64,000 nucleotides of DNA from positions 5,704,001-5,768,000 of the forward strand of contig NC_134029.1 in NCBI RefSeq assembly GCF_964204645.1, written 5' to 3'. Positions within the stretch are counted from its first letter, which is position 1. Each line of letters starts with the position of its first letter. The notes beneath the pieces were generated by a model. It was given only the letters and a program-made list of their open reading frames with translations. It was not told where the DNA came from and made no database searches. Positions 40,601 to 54,719 of this stretch are shown piece after piece. The position numbers and the translations under genes are program-made. The DNA is from Tubulanus polymorphus (lineage: Eukaryota > Animalia > Nemertea).

Positions 40601-43600
40601 ATACTATTTCTAACAACAATCAGATCTTATGTGACCTGAGTGTACTTACGACCGACTGTAAGATCGTAGCCAATGAGCGGCGCTGTACACATCACATGAC
40701 TTAAGCGCTCGGTTCAAAATAGTCAAGGATCTCAGGTGACTTGAATGAAGCCGAGATCCGAGAAATGATTCTTGATCGAATCAGCGACTCGACCATGAGT
40801 GTTCTTACGACCAAATCGCAGACAATCGCATCGGATCATAGCGCGAAATAGGCATAAGACTGTGGTCTTCATTATAAGCCATTACAGCGCAAGTGGCCCC
40901 TGAAGTTTGCTACTTCATATCGGTAAGGGATATCAGTAAAACACGGCCGGACTAGCGGTGAACGAACACGGATACAATCGATCAGAACCGGTCGTCGATT
41001 GTCAACGAACGCGAGCGCGGTAATCTCGTACGATCACCGACCGATCGCGTACGACGAGCAGGTGAACTCCCCGATCGATCGCGCGTACCTCCCGATACAA
41101 TTAATCCCTTTCCATACAACAATGCGCCGCAACCACGCAAATAACGCGCAAAAAAATCTCCGGCCGCGACCTTATGATCGATCTCATGAAATAAACCCAT
41201 TCCATTCTGCAAACATCAATCGTGCAGGAAAATTACGATGACAGTTTTAAAGAGTTGCCGACAACTCGACTAGAAACGTTCACTTTTACAGGGTTCATAC
41301 TACAAACAGTCTTCGGTTTTCGATCCCCTTGCAATACCTTTTCTAGGGACAAATATCCAGATTTCTATCGAACTAAATGAGGTATGACCTTACACTCTTT
41401 GAGGCAGAATCGCTTGAAAATATTATGAATAATTTGGAGCAATAAAGAATAATTGAATCAAAATGAATCTACACTCATACTGAAACCACAAGAACAAAAA
41501 AGTTCCATCGCTTTTCTCAAAGCTTCAGAGACAACACATATTTCGAAACTTATCAAAAAACGGTTAAGAAAAAATAACCTAATTTTCGTAACTGTTCTAG
41601 GGTGTGTCTAGGACCAGCGTGAACCCCAGGTTTTATAAGTATACGTGACAAGGAGTACTGTATAGGTTAACAATTTGTCTTCGAAGCACGAGCTTTCGCT
41701 ACTATAATGTGCAGGAGCTTCATCATCATCGACAATACTCATTCACCTGATGAAGCTACTATATATTAGTAGCAAAATCTCGTGCGTTGAATAAAATAGT
41801 TATAACCAATACAATACTACCGGTCTCGGTTTTACGCGTACAGAAAAGTTGATGATTTCGCCGACCGTCTCGGACGGACGAAACCCGTATCGCGATTGAT
41901 ACCAAATACGACCGATGATAATCATACATCACACAGACGTTACTAATGATAATATTAAGTAAGGAAGTCTCGGCGATAATTACAGCTTAGGTGAAGCGTT
42001 ATGCGGCGGCGGTACCCTCCTGTACACGAGAGAGGATTAATAATTAACAACATTCACCCCCGACGACGACGACGTTGCATATTGCATGTGAGAAGAACTA
42101 CTTCCTGCCGAGTTTCTCCAGCATTCTATTAATATTATGAATGGCCTACGCCGCCGAGCACAGAAAAAGACCAATACCTTGCACGATATACAATGCGCGT
42201 TTACATATGTGACTCAGGGTGGGTTATAAAACCTCGATGCAAACTCAAGACTCAAAAGAAGAAATGTATGTCTTTTATCGTGGTACTCATAGCGGCTACA
42301 GCCGTTTACTAAAGACCTTGAAGTAACTGTAACAACAGCTTCGGCTTCGGCGCGCAACGGTCGTAACTACTGTCATTTGTAACATAAGATTTCAACGTAT
42401 TCTCTATTTTCCTGTCATCGTTGAGGCAACAATCACCGCTAGTGTGACAAGAATTGCAATTCCAAGAGGATCCACAAGGTTTGCTCAGCAACCGTGTTTC
42501 AAGTTTTCATACGATACATTTTGAATATAAAACAATAAACGTTTTCCATTAGAAAGTAAATTTTCACTGAAACTTGAACCTTCTAACCATTCGATTCGAT
42601 GTTCGAATTGGGAGCAAAACATTTTTGTTGAAAAATAGCGTATTTTTGCAGTCCGCTCGACCCGATTACGAGGAGACGTAACACGAAACAAGTAGATTAC
42701 GTTACACATTCTAGAATGAAGTCGTCATATAAAACTGAGGAAGATGAAGACTCTACACATGCAGATCCATCGTATTCCAAATTGTCACGCTGCCAGCGCC
42801 TTGTTCGTTCGTTCTGATTATACGTACACCGTCAGTACAGCAGCTCGGTGAGCGTTCAGAATTCTCGCCAGAGCCGGAAATTATTATCATAACCTATTGT
42901 TAAAACAACGGACGTAACTGCATATCCGGCGTGTATTAATTAACGAAACCCTGACAGAAACCCTGACAGAGAGGCCGCGCGCGCGCACAGTCTCCAGACC
43001 CCCGGAGAACATTTCATTTATTATGAAATCGTATTATCACGAACTTTAAACGAGTGCGTTAAAAGTGATGAGTTTATGATTTTTGAAATTTGATTGGAGA
43101 TCTTCCTGCCCGCATTAGCTAGATGCACCGACGACAAATAGTACTTTAAAGGTTCACTAGATTTATTTGAAGTACAAACTTTCGCCACTAGTGTATAGCA
43201 GCTCGATCAGGTGAATGAGCAACCATGAAGTACAAGATTGTTAGATATCAATCTCAGTATTCAGAGTTAATAAGCAAAATACACAGTTGATGATATAACA
43301 ATTTATTCTTGACGGTTTTGACAGAACTTCAAAACAATTTTGAAACTGTCAGAATGAAACAGTCATATAACTGTGGGTTTCGCTTATTAACAGAACAGTT
43401 TAAGTTGAGAACGAACTAGCTATGGATATATGAACCAGAAAACTAACTTGAAAGTTTATTGACGCCTTGGAAAAAATATACATACATATTGCTTAATAAT
43501 GTCAACCATGAATAATATAATATGAATCATAAGGATCAATAGTTATTTTGGATTAGAATTGAGTTGACTGGTAACCAGTCTAGCCGCGATATATTGAAGG

Positions 43601-45800
43601 CGTAGTGCGCATCCTCTCAAAAATATTCAGTTAAAATTTATCAAATATAAAAAAAAGAGTTAAATTCAATTACAAACTAAATGCCAAAATTTGCAATTGT
43701 GAACGTTATTTTGACTCGCACAGAACCCCTTAAAAACAACGTGTACTAGGCATCGATAAAGTGTTCAGCATAAAAAAATTCACCAGCTATACTAATTCAA
43801 AATGCATAAATGAATAGCTACATAACCACTGGCTAAGCGGACTAGCTCTATTGGTCTACTGGTGCGAGACCCGGGTTCAAACCCAGGTGAGCGCGCGTAA
43901 TTTCTGTAAATCATCTCTAAATGTTCCGTTTGTCGGCGGACCAACATCGCGTAAAAAGAATCACATTTCCATTTGTTAGTGATAATACGGTGTGACGACG
44001 TTGTCTGACGACGACTAAGACAGGGGTATGTGCAAACGCTCGCAGGGGTTTATAGGTATATCGACGTGGCATCTACGCGGCTGAAGACTCCACCCAAAGA
44101 TGAGGATGCTCTACGTACAGTTAAGTGATCGCGCGTGTGGGTGTGGTCGCCAGGGCCGCGTTTATCGGTATCAGAATCCCGAGATCGATCGCACGACCGA
44201 ATCGGAGGATTCAATTACAATTTACGATTCATTAATGTATTGATAATAGGAGCCGATGGCGTTGCCGATACATTCTAACGAACGTCTCTATCTATCTCGC
44301 ATCATTGAAAAAATTGTTTCATTCATAATTCAAAATTCCAATTCGCGCACTTGAAGTGAATATTTCCGATTTACTGTTAAAGGAACAATAACTAGAATCG
44401 GTTGTATCGGTTTCTAACCAGGTCACTCGGATGCATGCTTCCCTGGATTCGAACCTGATGGCATCACTAGACTCAGCCACGGCATGAAACCCTGCCACAC
44501 TAGACTGAGGCAAAATATCCTGTAAACACCCAAGTACGCTAAATACAACAAGTTTTTGGCCGGGGCTGGGTGGGGCGTGGCGGTTTAGGATGTACCCTTT
44601 TATCACCCTAGACAATTGTTTCATTGAATGGGTACTTCTTCGACATTCACTGACATTTACCCCCCACCATTTTTATTTATTGGGATCGTTTTTGTAAACC
44701 GAATGCCATCTCTACTTCGGCTAATCAGACTAAAGTGGACGCTGAAATATGTTGCACGTATTAGTAGGATTTACTTATAAAATATTAGCGAACTACAGAC
44801 GAGTAAAGCGAGTATTGAAATGGCACGACTGCAGGTACGATTTGCATATTTGATAGGTTTTAACGAATCGATAGTAGCGTGACTAACGAACGTTGTAACA
44901 ATTAACAACATTTCAATAGCCCGCGATCGATCGTTAAAATCATCAAATATTCAACAACTTTACAAAGGTAACGTTGCGTTGTCGAATCTACAACGGTGTC
45001 AGCAGCGACCGCACTTAACGTAGAATACGCGTCGAAACAAGTGACATGCTGCTGTTGGTGGTGGTTGCGAGGCCTTGGGATATTGACCAGGTAGCCGATG
45101 AAGCTGGAAGAACTGGTTGCAGGTAGACGATGATGTATTACGGTGTGGAGAACCTGTTTATAAGACAAGCTCATAGGATACATGCAAGGACCGACTGAAC
45201 AGGCCTGCGCAAAGCTTTTTTGAAGGGCAGTTCTATATCATGAAAAAGTGCAAATTTTCAGATCTTAAAATGAAATGCCCGGGTTCCTGAATAAACCATC
45301 CGAGAATGGTTGACTTATAATTTTGAAGAAAAAAAATACAACAAAAATTTGAAAAAATCTGGAGCTAATTTTTCTGATGAGTACTTTGAAAATTTCAGGG
45401 GGTTCCTTCCTTAGCTACCCCAGAACAACCTACACCCCGCCCTGCTGAAGGATTTACTGAACGAGCAAGTCTTCCGAAGACTAGACCGAGCGTGAGAGTG
45501 ATGCGGGATCGAGATCAAGGAGCATTAATCAATCAGAGTATTGAATTGTAGCTCTGTCTGTGTATTGTGTAATAACCGATCATCGAGGACTGGATAAAGA
45601 TATATCGATTATCGGTGGAATTGTAATGTATAAATACACCATGCAAATATTATCAACAGCAACAAAGGAGACGAGAGACCGAATCAAACCGACATCAAAT
45701 AACACACATATATCTCGAAACATTTCAAAAATACACTCGATTAAATTAACTAATTCAAATACAGGCAAAAAATGGAAATAAGAAACTTACCTTCAGCCAT
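28602..45800 (-). CDS. HNRNPK: Heterogeneous nuclear ribonucleoprotein K, about 398 aa
   Basis: Exons 45800-45791, 39912-39797, 36545-36489, 35644-35601, 32939-32867, 32286-32044, 31778-31621, 31435-31322, 31195-31149, 30393-30260, 30082-29913, 28632-28602 join in frame (1197 nt). [11 protein letters not shown]-like motif; KH1 ([18 protein letters not shown]...[13 protein letters not shown]); KH2 ([19 protein letters not shown]); RGG linker; KH3 ([18 protein letters not shown]...[23 protein letters not shown]); miR-7 in the last intron. Confidence 0.95.
28748..28781 (-). CDS. Candidate alternative terminal exon of hnRNP K (C-terminus [11 protein letters not shown])
   Basis: Acceptor ttatttcttttctcattgttag; read in phase 2 it gives an open frame to TGA. 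Confidence 0.45.
29123..29210 (-). ncRNA. mir-7: pre-miR-7 hairpin in the last intron of hnRNP K
   Basis: Mature TGGAAGACTAGTGATTTTGTTGTT at 29196-29173; star arm CAATGAATCACTATCTTCTCG; basal stem TAATTAG/CTAATTG; same strand as the host gene. Confidence 0.97.
33242..33288 (-). other. Candidate 47-nt alternative KH1 exon (exon [17 protein letters not shown])
   Basis: tcctaac branch point near 33405, CU tract, about 120 nt without AG, then aag|TAT...CG|gtggcg; phase 0 to 2 like the canonical 44-nt exon. Confidence 0.4.
34451..34700. mobile_element. Nested PIF/Harbinger-like MITEs (inner 34490-34599)
   Basis: Outer TIR cagttgctca...tgagcaactgggcccag; inner TIR ggactcagttccacagttg...caactgtggaactgggtcc. 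Relatives at 3179-3296, 14606-14814, 39464-39607, 46883-47017. Confidence 0.65.
35421..35443 (-). other. Candidate 23-nt hairpin-enclosed micro-exon in hnRNP K KH1 (exon B)
   Basis: ccttaac branch point, ttttgacag acceptor, TTTTTCAACTTGAAGAGAGATGG|gtggca; enclosed by a perfect 12-bp inverted repeat (35410-35421/35505-35516). Confidence 0.4.
37086..37123. repeat. (CAG)n/(TAG)n compound microsatellite
   Basis: cagcagcagcagcagcagcag...tagtagtagtag. Confidence 0.7.
41654..41818. mobile_element. Inverted Penelope-like termini with hammerhead core (family A)
   Basis: cacCTGATGAagctactatatattagtagcAAAAtctcgtg on plus; gatgatgaagct...agtagcGAAAgctcgtg on minus; AATAAA-like signal follows. Confidence 0.6.
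43141..43220 (-). mobile_element. Single arm of family A Penelope-like terminus
   Basis: ctcattcacctgatcgagctgctatacactagtggcgaaagtttgtacttcaaataaatctag on the minus strand. Confidence 0.55.
43821..43895 (+). mobile_element. tRNA-derived SINE-like head
   Basis: TGGCTAAGCGG A box and CCGGGTTCAAACCCAG T-arm; another T-arm-like element (GGTTCGAATCC, minus) near 44445-44456. Confidence 0.35.
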
Positions 45801-46882
45801 TTCTTCTAATCTGGATGAACTCAAACACTCGTCTGAAAAGTTTAGAGTAAGATATCAACGTCACAGTCAATATGATTCTTCGTCGGTGAACAAATAAATA
45901 TCTCGGGACAATTCGCGAAATCAGCATCGCCGTTACAATAGAGTGTGTGAATCACCACGAACAGCAACTATACACACACGATGGATGAACGGACGACGAC
46001 AGGAGACAGTATGTGTGTATCAGCCAGCGCGCATGGCTTACACGCGTTACCATGACGATGCTGTCATGGTTACGCAAACACACAGCCGTAGCGCGTCGTC
46101 CTTTCATTCATGGCCGATGACGACGATGATCGCTATATAAATCGCGCGATACGCGAAAGCGGGGGATAACCAAATATTTGTTGCGATAATGATTATTTCA
46201 AACAAGAATGAATCCTAATTTGATAGAAAAAACGAATACAACCACCGTTTAATACAACTAGATGATTTATTTCTAATCGGGCTTTAGAGAATTGCCATCG
46301 CAGGCATCGGTCAAATACTGACCAACCCCGATCATACAGCTAAATCCCACAATAACGAGAAAAACAAGCACAAAAAGTTTCCCTTCGCTAGTGCGTAGCT
46401 TAGTAGAGCCATAAACTGTAGCTCAACGAAACCTTTCCCACTAATTTTCATTTCGTTTTGCAGGACTTTACCCGACCATTAACAAAACACTGTTTCATCA
46501 AGATAATATTGTCACCCTGACAACCTGACTTTTAGCCAAACACGATCAGTGATCTGAAACTTAGGTTATGATGATTATTTTGATCTCTTTTGATATTCTG
46601 GTTAGGGATGTTCCGTGATATGACAAGCTGCCTTAATATATGTGATAAGTACTACCAACTGATACTTTATCAGCACTCATCAGAAAAGTGACCAACAAGA
46701 TTAGCTTAAGAATGTATCGGAAGGGCTGGGTTCCAGGCATAACAAGGGTTTCTAGGGCGGTTTTTTTCACAGATATTTAACTTGCATCACTTATGAATGT
46801 AATGAGCTATAGAAAGAGTAAAGACTATTCCCTGCCTTTTAAAGAAAAGAAAGTACTCTGATCTATCGGTAATCATAATGTA

Positions 46883-47017
46883 CAGGGCCCTGTTCCACAG
46901 TTGTGTGTTAAAGCAGGGAGGTGGGAGTCAAAGTTAACTCTTGAGTTAAAGGTAGTTCATATTCGATGTTTTGACTCCAGAGCCGAATTTAACTCAGAAC
47001 TGCGTAACTGGTCCTGG
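46883..47017. mobile_element. MITE related to the inner element at 34490-34599
   Basis: cagggccctgttccacagttgtg...aactgcgtaactggtcctgg with shared gttaactc..gagt core. Confidence 0.6.
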
Positions 47018-50000
47018 GCTTCAGGACTAATCTGAGTTTTTTTTCAAAGAATAAAAACCCACCAATTTCCAAGTTTCATTCGATGAAAACCAGCATCACT
47101 GAAATATTACGAGTTATACACCGACTTCATTTAGTCGATTGAGTAATTGGACGGAACAAATTAAAAAGCCGGCAGGTGAAAAACTTTTCGTCGAATCTAG
47201 TCAACAGTTTGGCGTTACGAGTCATCGTGCATCATCATCGGCCGTTACACTCGACGCCGAACCGACCAATCAACGGAAGCCACATCTTTCAGTTAGTTGT
47301 CATGTCGCCATGACGACCGAATCCATTTCTCGGCGGCGCGCAACTCGTCGTCAAACTCCGATGACACACACACACGCTGTTACAACGCGACGACGGCCTC
47401 ACGAACATCGTCACCATCAATCGATATTAAATGCCTCGAAAGCATGTCAATAGTACTTCCACTTTTAATACGAAAATTATAAAATTTCAAATGATGTACG
47501 TTAACGTCCACGGGCGACGCCGGGACATCAATCGCGTCGTAGAAACGTTATGAAGTAAGATCATATTATATTAAACGAAACTGGCATCATGCCTAGTACG
47601 TTCAACCGATCAATTCACCGAGTATACATATAATCCGCACGAATGCGAGAGAAAAACTTTGCGCTACGCCTGGTGGCGCTGCGTCGTCATTCCCGAAGAT
47701 TCAAACGACGGCGGGCGCCACCGCCAAACGAGGCTCGGAGCGCGCGCGGTTATCGACCGGTTTTAACGACACGCGATTATTTCCGCAAATCCTTACAAAC
47801 GATCGAATATACGCAATATACGTATAATATACGTCGACACGCCGCCATCGTTTGCCGACACACCCTGAAAATTTCGCATGCGTGCAAACATCCTCATCGA
47901 TGTATATATATATATATACATACGCGCTTCATGCTCGGTTACGGATCAAACGACAATTTGACGGAAACCTCGCACAATAACTTCATTCGCATTGACGCCA
48001 TTTATCGCCAAGCGGCGTGTCGTACACAGGAGCGCGCGCGCCTACAAGGGCGTCGGCCCCGGCTGTCATCATCATCGACTGCATAACAAAATTCTCGTTT
48101 ATCTAGAAGCGAACCCGAAACGTGAACAACGGCTGCAGATGATTACTGAACTTAAATATATATGAAATGTAAACCCATGAGATTTGATCTGTTGTTCCCT
48201 GGAGGTGTCAACAATTTCGATGCTCCTATTTCAATTTGCTCTCGTGAAGAAACAATACCGAAACTGAATGAACGATGACTAGATTTTTGATTGGTACAAT
48301 GTCGGTATTCTGCACGACTGGTTTTAGTAGAGGGGAAAAATCAGCCACCCTATAAAATATCTACTCTAATGGATGTCGATATTCTATCATTGCTGATAAT
48401 TGGTTTGAAATTTATTGAGCTGTTAAAAATGAAATCTAGACCGAACTTCGGCTTTAAATTTTAGATATCATAATGCAGCCCCTTAAACATTCCAGCACAC
48501 GTAGAACACTGAATGTAGTTATTCCTGAATCCTTGTTAACTTATCATTGGCACAACAGAAAATTTCAACACATGATAAGTGTCCGAGGTCTCAACAATCT
48601 AAACATTTGGGTTTCAATTCACACTGCCAGTTCTGCCTAATCCGATACAAATAGGCTCAGACTTTTTTTTAGAGGAACTCCCTTTTTATTCGAATTATTC
48701 AAACCGGATTTTCGCTTAATTCGGATCAAATATTTGTTCCATTTAACCAGGAACGATGTTAACTATTTTTCCTAATTTGGATTTTACCTAATTTAGAGAA
48801 ATCTTTGCAGTCCATAGTCATCCGAATTGCATATTGCAAAAGTCTGTTTATAAACTTGAAGGTCAACGCCTCCGTCGCGCAAACGGATAGTGACCACACA
48901 TTTAAAATGCACACACGACAGCAAGTCGACATACAGAACAACCGGATCTTAAAATCGATGTATCTTTCATAAACGGAGACACGCTGATGCGATTAAAATT
49001 GTAGGATCTGCCACAGGAGAGGAAGAAAAGGTGATTTACCACAGGTGAGGGAAGAAAGATCTGGATCCCTAAACACAATGGTACGCCCAGAGGTGACGAC
49101 ATTTACAGAAACAATAGACCAGAGACACTGCAACAGTGCGAACAATAGACCATACAGTCTCAATCATTATCACTAGACAACACCTTATATATAATTCCAT
49201 TAAGTTATATTAAGTTATTTGAAACTAGCCTGTATGAACTTTCTCATATATCGACAGACATGCAGCAGTCAGGTAGTTGTCGGGTCGTAGATGGTATAGC
49301 AAATTCAAACAACTCGCCACTTCAATTAGTCAGTTTTAAATGACATAAATGACCCATACATTATTGATGGCGCAGACTCTCAAAATCCCACTCCATCTCG
49401 CTTGCACGCATGAGCCAAAAATCAATTAGAGTCTGAAATTTTCAGTCAAATTATTGATAATTTGAAAATGTTCATCTCAAGTACTCCGACATAATTGAAG
49501 GTAGTAGTTATCCAACACTGCGCCAGATCTCTACGCAAGTCGCATACACGCGATATTATATTTCTGTGCAAAAACGTCCATTTTGCCGCTGGATATTAGA
49601 AGACGAAGAGGCTACTAGTACGAAAAAGGCCCACCATTTAATGAAAAAAAATATAACAACATCTGAAAGCCATCGCCGATTTAAAATATCCAAACCAGTT
49701 CGCGCAGCAGGCTATACTTCAAAGCCTTACTCATCTCGACAGATGAGTTGATTGGATAATGATTTCAGAGTCACGGAAATTGGAAGTCTTCATTGAAAAA
49801 ATAAAAATCATTATAAAATCCAGCAAACGCTCGAGAGAAGTTTCCGGGAGAAACTATATCGAACGCGTCGAAGACTACTGTTTAATCGCAATACACCCGA
49901 GTTCTGCCTAGATGGTCGGTATAGTTTTGCCGATTCTTGAATTGATAAATCTTTTTATTGTTTAAGCGTCCTATCGGCAACGTCTACTAAGAAGCCTGTT

Positions 50001-50805
50001 AGTTAGTTGTAGGGTACAATGGATGTCTAATTTCTGGCAGGTACGGCAATATAGCCTTTCTCTTATGACACTAATTCTATTAAGCTGATTATAGTTATTA
50101 TTAATCAACATATAATCCGGTGAGCTCATTTCCATCTCGCAGTTACTGCTATGCAAACCAGTGGCACATGTACCATGTATATACACCCACATGATTAAAT
50201 GTAATAGTGGCAACAAAGTATACTCAGCAGAGCCTTATTACCAGACTCGCTGTCTAAATGTCCATATGAAAGAAACACTGCCATATTTTCCGGACCACTA
50301 CGAAAGCCGTCTACTCCCCGCTAAAGTGGACCAACAACAAGAAAGTGGTGAAAATAATCAATTGAGAATGAACCGTTATCATTAGCCAAGATCAAAGGGA
50401 GACAATAGCCCCCCTAAAAAAAATCAAATTTGGCCCGTGCACAGACTGTGTTCCCGCGCAAAAAAACATACATTCGATACTAAACACTGCTAAGCAATGT
50501 GAGCCACTCCCACAAGCAGTTGTAATTCACACACAATAATTTGTCCGTCCTAAAAGGGATGAGCCCATTCGGCACCCGTGTCAACGGTTTTACCGGGCCT
50601 AAATTCGCACTGACCAAAAATGCTTACGAGATCACGGAGATATCAATATCACGAAAGATGACGTGGAGTAGTTGGACAGTCTACCAGCTATTCTTATTGC
50701 GCCCTTGCCACTAATACCACGGATAACTAACTCATCACAGACAAGCTACCGGTGCACGTAAGTTTTCAAACGGTATCAGAAGGCAATTACACCAACAGCA
50801 CCGAA

Positions 50806-51022
50806 AACGAAGAGAAATCCCGCATTAAATTCAGCCAAAACGAGAAACTTGAATAGAAGAGTATATATTTTTGCACAACGTTTCGGCTAAAGACTATTAG
50901 CCATCGTCAGTACGCCTGATGATGGCTAATAGTCTGAATAGGCTGAAACGTGGTGCAAATATATATACTCTTCTATTCAAGTTTCTCGTTCTGGTTGAAT
51001 TTGTTGGAGGATTTCTCTCGTT
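50806..51022. mobile_element. Near-perfect palindrome of about 215 nt with two hammerhead cores (family B)
   Basis: Minus: CTGACGAtggctaatagtctttagccGAAAcgtt; plus: CTGATGAtggctaatagtctgaataggctGAAAcgt; arms pair for about 100 bp. Confidence 0.7.
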
Positions 51023-54000
51023 ATCATCTTACGCGGATATTGCGTATCTTTTCGTCTCAACAGCGCCGAGCCAATTCAAATCAGAAATTTCAGTATGATT
51101 AGGTTGACTGAGTGCGATCGCTAGTGCCGTTGTCATTATATAATAAAACCGTTATGGGAAAAATATCTGTTGTACCTGACTGACTAAACACGTCGTAAAA
51201 ACGGGCGATTCAGAAGTTTATGACGTGCGCGCGATATTATCGTTTTACGTCGAGGGGGACATGTGATAGATTAAACGCGCTACTTTCCGTCCGTTCAATT
51301 GTGAGCAATTGAAAACGCAATACGCCAACACATGGCCCGCTATGGAACCAGGGTACACGGACGATTGAAGTCGTGTAAATTATTCATCCGGTCGGTCATG
51401 CGTCGCACCCAGCGGGTAAACTACGACCGAACATCGACTTCAGCCTCGTTCATACACATGCAATTTAACCGCCAGTTACGCCGCCAGATGGCGCGATGAA
51501 TACTCAGTATTTCGTCGTCAAAATCAGTTCATTATCGATGAACTTCGAACGGAATTCTTAGGCTCTCGAATGCATGTATTATCACAAGGCCTATCAAATA
51601 TACTTTAAATTCGTTGTTCTTCTCAGATATTGGTACAATCATCAATAATAATGATTTATTTCAGAGAAAAGTCTATCGGTTTTCATAAACATTGGATGTG
51701 GAAGACCCGAGTATCCGACACAGGCATGCAGACCCATTTGGCACCAGTAAAAAGCCACGATGACACAAGCAAATTATGCCCGGGACAACTGTTCACACGG
51801 GTGCCAAATGGACCCGATCGTGTTTGCTCCGGGCCAAATTCGGACTTACCAAAAATGTCAGACCAGGCCCGAGCCAAATGATTGCGTTTGAACTGGTACC
51901 GAAAATGACCCATGTCGCTTTGTTTGAGCATTGTTTATTAACAATGAATGGTTCACGCGTGAGCCCGCTCACTAATTAGCGCATGGACCAAATTTGGCTA
52001 GAGCCTGACCCGTGCCAAATCATCCCCATGTGATCGCGGCTCAAATTCAGAGTAGGAAGCACTTTGAGAGACTCGCTATAGACCCTGTCAGCGTGAATGG
52101 TTCGCGAGCATTTTTCATGCAGTCGACAAAAAAAAACTCCCAGTGGAAACCAACCACCACATAAACATCATTCAACTCCCGATATGAAGAGGGAAAAAGT
52201 TACCTAGCCAAAAAACACCAAACCGCACAGCACGAGTCTACGCACAGTAGAATCAACTCAAACTATTTGCCATGTACACATATACTAACGACTTCGCTAA
52301 TTGTACTTCAAAAATGAGCTGATCTCGAAAAACAAGAAATTCATTTCAAAACGCGCTTCATAGATTTCGAGTATACTTCGTCGACGAGGCGAAATATAAT
52401 CGTACGTAGCGCTTCATATCGAATTTTTAAACGGAGACCACGTATCGCCGCGTTATCGGTTAGCTGTCACGCTGCGTTAATACACGTAAGCAACTATCAA
52501 ATCAGAACATTTATATTCACATACAGCCCCTTGAAAACTGAGAATTGAAGATCATGAGATATAGATATGTTTTCGAAATGATTCATTTGTACTGTTCGAT
52601 TACTACAGAGTTGATGATGTCTGGGACCGAGTGTGCACTGTGTATTGGTGAGCAATTTTCCGTCGCCCAATATCAAACATGAGGAGCAAATCCTTTCAAC
52701 AACGAGCAACCGCTGTCTCCCGTTGCAGACGAGAGCAAATCGTGCGGTTGCTCGAGAATTGCTCGAATTCATCGCCTGTGTGCGATAGGCTTTAGGCTCA
52801 GGTACGAACTCGAAATCCATATCGAGATAACTTTTTGAAATTTGACCCCATTCCCGAGTTATGCGGTCATCTTCAAGGTCATAACGCTAAAAACTGTTTC
52901 ATGGCCCTAGCTCTACCACTAGGCGCGCACTGGGCCTATCCTTCGCACTACATACCTAGACCCCTTATTAACATCGAACCCAAGTATTAACAAATTGTTT
53001 TTAACATAAAGCGCAGCAAAAATGGCCCAAAGCCTTATTTACGTATACGCGTTACATATACGCGAACGCAAAGAACTGACCCGCAAACGCTAAATATTTG
53101 CCTCAAAGGTAAGGCGGGGCGTGTGCAACGTTAATTTTATTTCAAGCGTCATGATCATATATAGATAAGATGGATTTCGGTTGGCAGTATCGGCCCGAGA
53201 GATGCCGACAGCAAATATTTTCTCGGCAGGATGCGTTTCTATCGCTCCGAAGAAACGGGTGTTTTAATTGAATACTGATCTATAGGCGTCGGCCTTTTTC
53301 CACGCGATCCATACAAAACAATTCATACTTTATGAGTTAAAAACTAATTATCAACGACATCTCATCAATATTCAATTCAGTCCATACGCGTTTTCTGCGA
53401 CTGCCGGGTCCGCGGCAGGGGACGCCACGACCGCATTCGATTTCCATCCGAAGAATAGTTGATATAATATACGAAATGAAACGATATTGTCGTCGATATG
53501 AAATAAAGATAAGGAGACAATTGATGACATCGTATCGACGATGGATAGGTAGCTCGATTGATGCGTTCAGGGGGGTCCTTTCTTCGGCTACTGCCATCAA
53601 TTACGGCTCGATGCGAGTCAATAATCGTTATCGTCACTCCGACCATCCCAGTTTCCGTACAGCTCGACATCTCGAAGACTCGGCGATATTTTCGTAAGGT
53701 TTCCATCGCTTTCATTGGGAAAAAATCAGACACTTTTATACATGTATCACTCCTGCCTTTGAAAACTGAGAAATGACACTTGTAAGCCTGCCATCAAAAC
53801 GTCCACCTATAACTCCGATTCTTTTAACTCGGGACAAAAGTAACGTCAGCAAACGTCAATGAGTTCGAGTTGGACAGGCTTCTTTAAAACATAATGAAAA
53901 CGAACTTAATGCCTTTGTTTTGAATTTTTTTTTTCAATTTCAAGTTTGTGGTTATGACATATACACGTGTATATGAGCAAGTACCTCATTCTCGAATTCC

Positions 54001-54719
54001 ACCTTGCCAAAGTATAATTCTCAGGCAGATTTGCGTTACACACAAAGCTTCAGAAAAATGACCGAGCTATTTTCAAATTCCTTGACTTTTCCCCGATTTC
54101 AAAATAGAAGAGTCAGAATTCCCAGATTTTCCCGGCAGGGAACGATAAACCGAGAACTCCCAGATTTTCCCTTATTCTTTCCTTATTCCTCTTTAAGAAC
54201 CCCCTGGTAACGCGAGAAAAAATCCTAAATTCAACATTTCCACCGTGTTCACGGTGTACATTACGACGCCGTTCAAATTATCGATCCGTCGATTTTTCGC
54301 CGATCAACCGTTCGTTCGTACCCGCGAAAACATACAGTCAATCAGAAATTGCCGCAGTCGGATTTCAGCGAAGAGACGTTTGAAATACGTACACATCAAA
54401 CGTACCTAGAGCCCACACCCATACTTATAGCAGCCTGCGGCGAGTGGATCACGCGCGCGCGCTCGCGATGACACGGCAAGTTTTTTTTCCTTACTCGTAT
54501 TTCGGTATCGACTTTTAAACTAATAGACCAAAGCGACGTTCGGTTAAATCACCGAATAAACCGACGTTTTAGTTGATTTCGTCGCACGTCGTCCTCGAGC
54601 TGCCGGCGAAAAACTCCCGATCACGATAGCAGTTAAAATGTGAAGCCTCTGGGATCAATATTATACACAGCTGCAATAAGTTGTGTCGACCCGTCTTTTT
54701 ACTTTCTCCATCCGACCGG

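Noticed and set aside
45374-45400. CTGATGAgtactttGAAA as a hammerhead
   Set aside because: No credible stem II or stem I; lies within another repeat.
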